Source: an uncultured bacterium (GTDB taxonomy: Bacteria; Patescibacteriota; Patescibacteriia; UBA9570; XYC2-FULL-38-9). From it: a DNA stretch of 64,000 bases. Positions 9,329 to 17,251 of the stretch are shown here, piece after piece. The number at the start of each line of letters is the position of its first letter. Within the stretch, counting starts at the first letter, position 1. The translations under genes and the position numbers were made by a program. The notes under the pieces are model-generated. The model saw only the letters and a list, made by a program, of their open reading frames with translations. It was not told the origin of the DNA and made no database searches. The DNA is taken from the NCBI GenBank assembly GCA_937996685.1, contig CALKUP010000016.1, forward strand, positions 85,879-149,878. Direction: 5' to 3'.

Positions 9329-12300
9329 ATGGCAATAAAAAAGAAAAGAGCAGAAGCCTTAGATCCTGCCGCTGTCCGAGTTGATCCAGTAAACACTGCA
9401 GTAGATCCAAAAGTTACAGTTGCTGATCCAGTTGCTGGGGTGGTTTTGAAAAGTGCAGAAAGTCCAGAAGATCAAGCGGCAAAAGAAGCTGAGGCTAAAG
9501 CAGAGATTGAGCAATCGATTAAAGCAGCGCAAACATTTATCGAAGAGTATGAGAGAGATTTAGAGCCAAAAATTACTGAAGTAAATGCCCAAATTGAAGA
9601 AATGAGGCAGTTGATTTTAGCTGCAAAAACAGTAACTGAAATTGATACGATTAAGGATCGATTAATGACTGCATTGCAACCTTTTCGTGAATTAACAGAT
9701 AAGCTCAAGGGTTTGAATTTATCCCAGGAAAAACATCCTTCTATATACCCTGCTGTTTACGCTATTACTAATAAATTGAATGGACTGGGTGGCCCATCTA
9801 TTTTTGACCTTATGCGTCAAAAAGCTGAAGAAATTCAAGCCCCTGCGGTAGTCACTCCTGCTGCTGCTGCTGCTGCTGCTGATTCTGCGCCACCCGTTGT
9901 AACCCATCCTGCTGGAACGGTTCCATCTGTGAAATTCGGGCGTTTTGCGGCTACTCCACCTCTTCCGACATCGGCAGGATCTGCCGGTCCTGCTTCTACT
10001 CCTGAAGGGCCTAGAATCCTCCCTCCTCCAGAGATTGGAACCGAAGATCCTCGTCTTAGACCTCCTTTTGAATGGGGTGTACCTCGCAGTGATCGCAGTC
10101 TAGCGGATGTTGATGATTTTTCATGGCCCCCTGATTCTGAAATATATTCTACTACTCCTGAGGTTGACAGAGCGTTGATTGAGGCTCGAGCGAATGCAGT
10201 GCGAGAGTTGACTACGGCATTGATTGGGAAGGCTGCCGAACGCATTGTTGCTGAAAAAGGACGGTTTCAATGGCTAGAAGATATTGATCGTTGGCTTGGG
10301 GAAACCTGGCGCCCATCAGACGCATGGCGTGATAAAGATAAAAGCAATAAGTTGAGTCGAATATTTGGAAATCACTTCAATGCACGGACCGTCGCTCGTC
10401 TCGCGCTTGTTGGTGGTGTTGGTGTGTTTGGTGGTGTAGTTGCGGGTCCAGCTGCTGCCAGCTTGTTAAAAGCGGGTGTGTCTGGTGCGTTTTCTTTTGG
10501 TGTTGGATATTTCGGAAGAAAGAGAGCTTCTCATGACAAAGTGCGAGAAGGATTAGACAAAGAGATTGAAGAGCCTCAAGAATTTCCCGTTCCGATTGAT
10601 TCGGCTGAAATGTTTGCAAAAAAAATCTATAGCGCCATTTTAGGAGGAAAAACTCCAGAAGAGATCAGGGGTATTATTGAAGCTGATTCGGAAAATCTTG
10701 TAACAGAAAGTATTATTGACTCAGAGCAGATTGAAGCGAGAAAGCAAGCTGTTTTGCAAAAGGTTTCTGCTGAACTAGCAAGAGTAAATGACCAGTTACG
10801 GGGCATGGAAAAAACCGACAGACGGAAAGCGTTGGCAATGACAATTGCGTCAATGAGTCTTGGTAAGGCGGTTAAATGGTGGTTTATAGATGGAATCAAC
10901 CCGATTGAAGGAATTCAGCGTTCGTTGGCTGGCGGATCTGAATTAATGAACCGTTCGGCAAGTGCAGTTTCTGAATGGTGGAATACCCCAACTGCAGAAA
11001 GTGTCCCTGCCTCAGAGCCCTCTGTGGCTGTGAACTCTGCTGCGACAACGGCTCCAGCAGCGCCTCAAGCCGCAGCTCCTGCACCACAACAAGGAATTCC
11101 AGTAACTTCAGGTGCGAAAGAAGCACTTGCGGCGCAATCTCATGCACAAGATTTGAAAGACGGTCGTTTTACAACGCCGTATGAGAGAATGTCTCCCGCA
11201 GAAAAAGCGCAGTATGACGATATTCGTTCTGGACGCGTAGCTGGAACAGCGTCTCCTGATGCGCTTAAACCAACCGTGCCTCCGGCTCCAGAGCCGGCAG
11301 CAACAACCCAAGCAACCCCTGATGCAGCTCATGCTGGAGCTGCCGCGCAACCAACTACTGAGGCTCCAAAAGCTCCAGTTCCTGAAGCGCCAAAAGCTGA
11401 TGTTGCAGCCGCGGTAGCAGCGACACCGGATACATCAGCCGGTGGATTTACTCCGCCACAAGGTGATTTTGATAAATATGTGATTGGTCGCGTTGATATT
11501 AATGATGCAGGTGTAACAAAAGATCAGGTCAACAACGGCTTTTCGTATATCTTTAAACATCAATTAATGGATCATGCAGAGGAATACGGATTTGACGGCA
11601 AGGGAAGTAAGGAGGCATGGGCGATGCGTCGGTTGATGGAGATTATGAAAGAAGTGCAGATTGATGGCAAGAGTGTGTATCACGCGCAACAATTATGGGC
11701 AACTGACGAGGCTGTTGGAAAGGCGTATATTTTAGATATGGACGCTCAAGGTAAATTCTCAGTTGATGTCTATCAAAAAACAGGCGCAGGTTGGATTTCA
11801 TATGATGGTGACGGAGCTGATGTGAAAGAGATGCCTTTGGAAAATGCTAATGGTGGTCACGGAGCTGGACATGCCGGAGGCACTTCTGCACATCCGGAAG
11901 GCACAGGTACACATGCTGCAGCGCATGCTGAATCGACTGCTTCTCATGCATCAGCGTCAGGACTTGATGCTGATGGAAAATCAAGTGGTGGTTCGCAGTC
12001 TGGTGATCTTGCTGCCGGCGCAAACAATAAAGTTCAGTGGTATGACAAAGCTGGATTTAAGTCAGAAGCAGGGTATAAAGATAGTATTTTTGGTCAAATA
12101 CATCAAAAAGCTGGCACTCAAGAGACATGGAGTTTTGGAGCTTCTGATCCATCGTCGGATATTGCCTCACAATTAAGGGTAAATCATTTATTGCCTCTTG
12201 ATAAAACAGGCTCCGCTGGAGTGCAGTTTTCAGATAGCTTCCGATCAATTAAAGATTTTACAGGTTCGGTGAAAAATTCAGTGAAAGAGCAATTGTTTAA

Positions 12301-12547
12301 TCAGGGTCATCCGCCGTTTGTTGGAAAGTTTGGACGCCTTGCTGATGAATACGCACAACTTCGACAAGCTGAGTATGTGCTTGATAATGCTCGTACATTA
12401 AATCGTGTGATTGTTAGTCCTGCTGATATTGCGGCGATGAAAAAAGCTATTGCAAAAGAGCTTGCAGAGCGAGTCAAAAAACTCGTTGAGTTTGAAGGTG
12501 TGTTAAAAGAAGATATTCGCCCAGCTCGAATTTTTGGAAAAAACTAG
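9329..12547 (+). CDS. Giant hypothetical protein (1072 aa) with an N-terminal coiled-coil, long Ala/Pro-rich low-complexity linkers, one internal hydrophobic segment and Gly/His/Ala-rich tracts
   Basis: Long uninterrupted ORF. Low-complexity stretches (PAAAAAAADSAPP, APAAPQAAAPAPQQ, TEAPKAPVPEAPKA, GGHGAGHAGGTSAHPEGTGTHAAAHAE). A hydrophobic Gly-rich segment (LALVGGVGVFGGVVAGPAAASLL). No N-terminal signal peptide. Confidence 0.7.
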   Translation: MAIKKKRAEALDPAAVRVDPVNTAVDPKVTVADPVAGVVLKSAESPEDQAAKEAEAKAEIEQSIKAAQTFIEEYERDLEPKITEVNAQIEEMRQLILAAKTVTEIDTIKDRLMTALQPFRELTDKLKGLNLSQEKHPSIYPAVYAITNKLNGLGGPSIFDLMRQKAEEIQAPAVVTPAAAAAAADSAPPVVTHPAGTVPSVKFGRFAATPPLPTSAGSAGPASTPEGPRILPPPEIGTEDPRLRPPFEWGVPRSDRSLADVDDFSWPPDSEIYSTTPEVDRALIEARANAVRELTTALIGKAAERIVAEKGRFQWLEDIDRWLGETWRPSDAWRDKDKSNKLSRIFGNHFNARTVARLALVGGVGVFGGVVAGPAAASLLKAGVSGAFSFGVGYFGRKRASHDKVREGLDKEIEEPQEFPVPIDSAEMFAKKIYSAILGGKTPEEIRGIIEADSENLVTESIIDSEQIEARKQAVLQKVSAELARVNDQLRGMEKTDRRKALAMTIASMSLGKAVKWWFIDGINPIEGIQRSLAGGSELMNRSASAVSEWWNTPTAESVPASEPSVAVNSAATTAPAAPQAAAPAPQQGIPVTSGAKEALAAQSHAQDLKDGRFTTPYERMSPAEKAQYDDIRSGRVAGTASPDALKPTVPPAPEPAATTQATPDAAHAGAAAQPTTEAPKAPVPEAPKADVAAAVAATPDTSAGGFTPPQGDFDKYVIGRVDINDAGVTKDQVNNGFSYIFKHQLMDHAEEYGFDGKGSKEAWAMRRLMEIMKEVQIDGKSVYHAQQLWATDEAVGKAYILDMDAQGKFSVDVYQKTGAGWISYDGDGADVKEMPLENANGGHGAGHAGGTSAHPEGTGTHAAAHAESTASHASASGLDADGKSSGGSQSGDLAAGANNKVQWYDKAGFKSEAGYKDSIFGQIHQKAGTQETWSFGASDPSSDIASQLRVNHLLPLDKTGSAGVQFSDSFRSIKDFTGSVKNSVKEQLFNQGHPPFVGKFGRLADEYAQLRQAEYVLDNARTLNRVIVSPADIAAMKKAIAKELAERVKKLVEFEGVLKEDIRPARIFGKN
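9858..9881 (+). repeat. (CTG/GCT)x8 trinucleotide microsatellite encoding a poly-Ala tract inside the giant ORF
   Basis: ctgctgctgctgctgctgctgctg seen directly in the sequence. In frame it encodes AAAAAAA. Confidence 0.8.
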
Positions 12548-12573
12548 CCTTCCACAATAACCGAAAATATGAA

Positions 12574-12613
12574 ATACTGTCTGCATGAGTCATATCACAG
12601 ACAGTATTTTTGT
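12574..12613 (+). terminator. Intrinsic-terminator-like hairpin whose loop contains the ATG of the downstream helicase-nuclease gene (10-bp perfect stem ATACTGTCTG/CAGACAGTAT plus TTTTTG)
   Basis: Stem at 12574-12583 and 12598-12607, a 14-nt loop at 12584-12597 (which contains the ATG at 12585-12587), and a T-run at 12608-12612. Confidence 0.5.
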
Positions 12614-15596
12614 TGGATTAAATGAGGCGCAAACCACTGCTGTTGCAGCAGGTCCTGAGCCATTATTGATTATCGCTGGCGCTGGAACAGGGAAAACGAC
12701 CGTGATTACACGGCGGATTGCGAACCTTATTTTAGAAGAAATCGTGAAGCCGGATGAAGTGCTGGCGTTAACATTCACTGATAAAGCAGCCGGCGAAATG
12801 CAAGAGCGGATTGAGCAATTGTTACCGATTGGATATGTTGATTTGTGGGTGTCAACGTTCCATGCATTTTGTGAACGGATTTTGCGCAACCATGCCATCG
12901 ATGTCGGGTTGCTGCATGATTTTCGGTTGTTGTCACAGAATGAACAAATTGTATTGCTTCGTAGTCACATTGATGAGTTGGAATTGGAGTATTATCGCCC
13001 AAAAGGAAATCCGACAAAATTTGTGTCAGCGCTTATCTCTCATTTTAGTCGTTTGAAAGATGAGGACATTACTCCTGAGCAATATCTTGCCTACGCGCAG
13101 CAGGTGCAACTCACTTCTGATGCAGCTGAAGGTATTGCGCCAAAAAGCCAATTGTCATTCGCAATGCCAAAAACGCCAGAAGAGCGAGCCGAGCTCGCGC
13201 AAGAAGCGGCAAGGGTGGGTGAGGTTGCTCGAGCATATCAGCTCTATCAGCAATTATTGCGTGATGCCGGCGCGCTTGATTTTGGCGATTTAATTGTTGA
13301 GGTGATTCATTTATTTAAAGAGCGTCCGCACATTTTGAAAAAATATCAGGAGCAATTTCGGTATGTCGTGGTCGATGAATTTCAAGATACCAATATTGCG
13401 CAATATGATTTAGTGAAATTATTAGCAGCTCCGCAAAATTCAATCACCGTTGTGGCTGATGACGATCAATCAATTTATAGTTTTCGTGGAGCGGCGATGA
13501 GTAATATTTTGTTATTCAAAAAAGAATTTTCAGAAGCGGTTGAAGTGTCGTTAACAGAAAATTATCGCAGCACGCAGCCAATTTTGGATTTGGCATATAA
13601 CTTTATTCAACACAATAATCCAAATCGTTTGGAAACAACGCTATCGATCAATAAAAAATTAATTGGTCATAATGAAAGCGAGACAGCAATTGAGCATTTG
13701 CATAGCGAATCACTTGAAGGCGAGGCGCATTTGGTGATGCAAAAAATTCTGGAGATTAAAAAGGCTGAACCAGATTTGCCGTGGAGTGAGATTGCGATTT
13801 TAGTGCGTGCGAATGATCACGCAGATACGATCATTCCGTACCTTGATCGCGCAGAGATCCCGTATCAATTTTTAGCCTTTCAAGGGCTGTTTGTGAAACC
13901 ACTGGTGTTGGATATTATTGCAAGCTTGAAACTGATTGAAAATTATCACGATTCCCGTGCGTTTTATCGGTTTTTGAATATGCCGGTGTGGAATGTGTCG
14001 CATCAAGATATTATGCTGCTGCTTGAACACACTCGCAAAAAAACGGTGTCGTTGTATCAAGCCGCGCGTGATGTCGCGGCAGTCGATGGCGTGTCTGAAG
14101 GGGTGGTTAAGGCTCTTGAAGCAGCTTTGCAATTACTTGATGGTTTAGTCCTTGATGCCAAAACGCAAACTGCCGGGCAAGTGCTATTGCAGTTCCTTGA
14201 ACGTTCCGGATATTTAAAACACATCACGGCACATGATCAACAAGAAGCAGAAGAGCAGACGCTCTATTTGAAGCAATTCTATGATTATGTTGTCCAATTT
14301 GAAAAAGGGGCATTTGATAAATCAATTCACAACTTTTTATTTGAGTTGCAGATGATTATTGATTCCGGTGATTTTGGTCGATTGCAAGGCGGGAGTGAGG
14401 CGAGTCCAGATGCGGTGAAGATTATGACCGTGCATGCTAGTAAGGGATTGGAATTTGAGCATGTGTTTATTATGAATTTGGTTGATAAGCGCTTTCCGTC
14501 GATCCGCAAAAGTGATCCTATTCAAGTTCCGGAGGCGTTAATTCGTGATGTAATCCCGTCTGGTGATCATCATTTAGAAGAAGAGCGACGCTTGTTTTAT
14601 GTTGCATTGACTCGCGCTCGTCGAGGATTGTATTTAACGAGTGGTGAGAATTACGGCGGTGCACGCAAGAAAAAACCGTCACGTTTTTTGATTGAATCCG
14701 GATTTGCAGAAACAGTGCCGCGTCCAACCGGTGATGTGCTTTTTGGTGTGGAAGCTGTGACAGGTCACGACATGAAGCCGTCTGAATTGCAGCGTTTGTT
14801 GCCGCATACTTTTAGTTTCAGTCAGTTGCAGGCGTATGATAACTGCCCGTGGCAATATCGATTCGCATTTTTACTCGGTGTGCCAATTCCAGGAAAACCA
14901 AGCGCGTCGTTTGGTCGGTCCGTGCATGCGGCGTTATATGAATTTTTTCGTCGAGGGCGAGAGCGAACTGAAAACCCACAAGGAGAGTTGTTTGATGTAG
15001 CGGCGGGTGAAGGCAAGGCTGCTGCAACGTTCCCATCAAAAGCAGAGCTGTTACAACTCTATGATGAATATTGGATTGACGAGTGGTATGAGTCCATGCG
15101 ACAAAAAGAGGAGTATTACACAAAAGGGAAGCAAGCGCTCGAAGCATTTTATGATTTGCATGCAGGGAACTGGCCGCAAATTGAAGAATTAGAACAGCGC
15201 TTCACAATGGTGATGCCAGAGGTGGATGTCAAAATGAAGGGGGCAATTGACCGGGTTGATGTGGTTGGTGTGAGCGCAGATGATCCAGAAAAACGAGCGG
15301 TGAAAGTGCTCGATTACAAAACCGGCAAAGTGGATATGAAAAAAGATCCAAAGCAGCTCTATTTATATGCAATGGCACTGCAAGAAGTGTTTGGCGTTGA
15401 AGTTCGAGAGTTGTCATATTATTTCATCGAAGAAAATGTTGAGCTTGTGTTGCCGCTTGATCAAAAGAAAATGGATAGTACGCGTGAATGGGTATTATCG
15501 ATGATTGCAAAAATTCAAGACGGGAATTTCGCTCCAACTCCAGGCTTTCAATGTAAGTTTTGTGATTTCAAGGATATTTGTGAATATCGTGCATAG
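12585..15596 (+). CDS. UvrD/PcrA-family superfamily-1 DNA helicase fused to a C-terminal PD-(D/E)XK (RecB/Cas4-like) nuclease with a 4-Cys cluster
   Basis: Walker A (AGAGTGKTT), motif II (VVVDEFQDTN), motifs V/VI (TVHASKGLEFEHVF, YVALTRARRGLYL). The C-terminus has ...YDNCPWQY... (first Cys), a nuclease core (AIDRVD, LDYKTGK), and a terminal QCKFCDFKDIC tri-Cys motif as in the AddB/Cas4 Fe-S nuclease domains. Confidence 0.85.
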   Translation: MSHITDSIFVGLNEAQTTAVAAGPEPLLIIAGAGTGKTTVITRRIANLILEEIVKPDEVLALTFTDKAAGEMQERIEQLLPIGYVDLWVSTFHAFCERILRNHAIDVGLLHDFRLLSQNEQIVLLRSHIDELELEYYRPKGNPTKFVSALISHFSRLKDEDITPEQYLAYAQQVQLTSDAAEGIAPKSQLSFAMPKTPEERAELAQEAARVGEVARAYQLYQQLLRDAGALDFGDLIVEVIHLFKERPHILKKYQEQFRYVVVDEFQDTNIAQYDLVKLLAAPQNSITVVADDDQSIYSFRGAAMSNILLFKKEFSEAVEVSLTENYRSTQPILDLAYNFIQHNNPNRLETTLSINKKLIGHNESETAIEHLHSESLEGEAHLVMQKILEIKKAEPDLPWSEIAILVRANDHADTIIPYLDRAEIPYQFLAFQGLFVKPLVLDIIASLKLIENYHDSRAFYRFLNMPVWNVSHQDIMLLLEHTRKKTVSLYQAARDVAAVDGVSEGVVKALEAALQLLDGLVLDAKTQTAGQVLLQFLERSGYLKHITAHDQQEAEEQTLYLKQFYDYVVQFEKGAFDKSIHNFLFELQMIIDSGDFGRLQGGSEASPDAVKIMTVHASKGLEFEHVFIMNLVDKRFPSIRKSDPIQVPEALIRDVIPSGDHHLEEERRLFYVALTRARRGLYLTSGENYGGARKKKPSRFLIESGFAETVPRPTGDVLFGVEAVTGHDMKPSELQRLLPHTFSFSQLQAYDNCPWQYRFAFLLGVPIPGKPSASFGRSVHAALYEFFRRGRERTENPQGELFDVAAGEGKAAATFPSKAELLQLYDEYWIDEWYESMRQKEEYYTKGKQALEAFYDLHAGNWPQIEELEQRFTMVMPEVDVKMKGAIDRVDVVGVSADDPEKRAVKVLDYKTGKVDMKKDPKQLYLYAMALQEVFGVEVRELSYYFIEENVELVLPLDQKKMDSTREWVLSMIAKIQDGNFAPTPGFQCKFCDFKDICEYRA

Positions 15597-15739
15597 GATA
15601 CTCTAAAAGAGCCTTGGTGATCACTTGCTTGAATCGCGAGACGCTTCGCGCCTCCGAGCTAAAGCCCAAGCGATTCCGCAAATATCACCCGCAGCTCTTT
15701 TTAACATCACCAAGGCTATTTTTATGCTATACTATTTCC

Positions 15740-16174
15740 ATGACAGTTCGACGATACATTGGCACAATGATTGCCACGACATTGATTTTTGTTGCAGCGA
15801 TGGTGGTGTTGTTATTTCGAGTTGATCCGACTGCTGCGCCAATTTCCGGTTTATTATTGTTTTATTTGGCGTTGTTTTTTGCAATTTGGGGCTTTGTATC
15901 GCTGTGTGGAATTATGAGTCGTTTTCTGCTCTTTCGTTCGACCCCAGTCTTTGAATTTATTGGCATTTCTTTGCGGCAGGCCATTTGGGTTGCGCTTTTT
16001 GTTGATTTAACGCTATTCTTACTCAGTCAAAATCTGTTTGAGCTCTGGATGGCGATCCCGCTGGCACTCGTTTTTGCGAGTATTGAAGGGTATTTTTTAG
16101 CAAAAACCTATGAAACCGCTCGTCAGCGCAAAATCGCGAAACGACGCCCGCGCAGCCAAATGGCACTTGATTAA
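15740..16174 (+). CDS. Hypothetical small integral membrane protein (about 145 aa, 4 TM)
   Basis: Hydrophobic helices followed by a basic C-terminus (RQRKIAKRRPR). Start chosen at the ATG at 15740 (MTVRRYIGT); the longer track ORF from 15614 is not needed. Confidence 0.45.
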   Translation: MTVRRYIGTMIATTLIFVAAMVVLLFRVDPTAAPISGLLLFYLALFFAIWGFVSLCGIMSRFLLFRSTPVFEFIGISLRQAIWVALFVDLTLFLLSQNLFELWMAIPLALVFASIEGYFLAKTYETARQRKIAKRRPRSQMALD

Positions 16175-16201
16175 TGTATTTTCTCCCTATCCCGTATTTC
16201 T

Positions 16202-17248
16202 ATGAAAGATATCGTTCAAAAAATTGAAGCTGAAGCTCTCGCGGCAATTACTGCTGCAACCTCACTGATTGATCTTCAAGATATTCGCGTGCGAGTGCTT
16301 GGTCGAAAAGATAGCGCGCTTGGTAATTTATTAAAACAATTGAAAGATTTGAGCGCTGATGTAAAGCGAGAGGTTGGTCCGTTGTTGAATAGTACACGTG
16401 ATGGTATTGAAGCGGCGCTGCAAACAAAAACAACAGCACTGGAAGAGGCGACAGAAGCGGAAGGTCTTGATTTAACATTGCCTGGCATCACACCAAGTCG
16501 TGGCGCCCTGCATCCGATGACGCAAGTGATGAATGAAATGGTGGATATTTTCCGTGAGTTTGGATTTATGGTACACGAAGGTCCGGAGCTCGATAGTGAG
16601 TATTATAATTTTGAAACATTGAATATCCCAAAGACACATCCCGCACGTGATATTCAAGATACGTTTTTTGTGAACACACCAATTACGCGCCCAGAAAAAC
16701 ACGACCTAACAGATGGAAAATGGGTGATGCGAACGCACACATCAAACATGCAAGTGCGTATTTTGGAAGAGCACGAACCACCACTGCGCTGCATTGTTCC
16801 AGGACGCGTGTTTCGGAATGAAGCAACCGACGCAACCCATGATCACACATTCTATCAATTAGAAGGTTTTGTGGTTGATAAAAACATGAACGTCGGGCAA
16901 TTGCTCTGGATGTTACAAGAAGTGTTGCGTGCTTTTTACAAAAAAGATGTGACGGTTCGTCTCCGTCCTGGGTATTTCCCGTTTGTGGAGCCTGGATACG
17001 AAGCTGATATGTCGTGTGTTTTTTGTGATCAAAAAGGGTGTCGCATTTGCAAACACACTGGCTGGATTGAAATGGTCGGCAGCGGCATGATTCATCCTGA
17101 GGTGTTTAAAGCGGCGGGCTACAAAGAAGGGGAATACACCGGATTTGCATTCGGCCTCGGAATGTCTCGCATCGCTATGTTGAAGTATGGCATGAACGAT
17201 ATTCGCTTGATGCACGAAAACAGTTTTGAATTTTTGAATCAGTTTTAA
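16202..17248 (+). CDS. pheS: Phenylalanine--tRNA ligase alpha subunit
   Basis: Class II motifs 2 and 3 (FRNEATDATHDHTFYQLEG; GFAFGLGMSRIAML). 348 aa. Immediately followed by pheT. Confidence 0.92.
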   Translation: MKDIVQKIEAEALAAITAATSLIDLQDIRVRVLGRKDSALGNLLKQLKDLSADVKREVGPLLNSTRDGIEAALQTKTTALEEATEAEGLDLTLPGITPSRGALHPMTQVMNEMVDIFREFGFMVHEGPELDSEYYNFETLNIPKTHPARDIQDTFFVNTPITRPEKHDLTDGKWVMRTHTSNMQVRILEEHEPPLRCIVPGRVFRNEATDATHDHTFYQLEGFVVDKNMNVGQLLWMLQEVLRAFYKKDVTVRLRPGYFPFVEPGYEADMSCVFCDQKGCRICKHTGWIEMVGSGMIHPEVFKAAGYKEGEYTGFAFGLGMSRIAMLKYGMNDIRLMHENSFEFLNQF

Positions 17249-17251
17249 TCT

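Noticed and set aside
10377-10619. His/Gln-rich 80-aa ORF (HHQTHQHHQQ) on the minus strand
   Set aside because: Antisense of the low-complexity Ala/Pro region of the giant ORF; the composition is a mirror of the sense-strand repeats.
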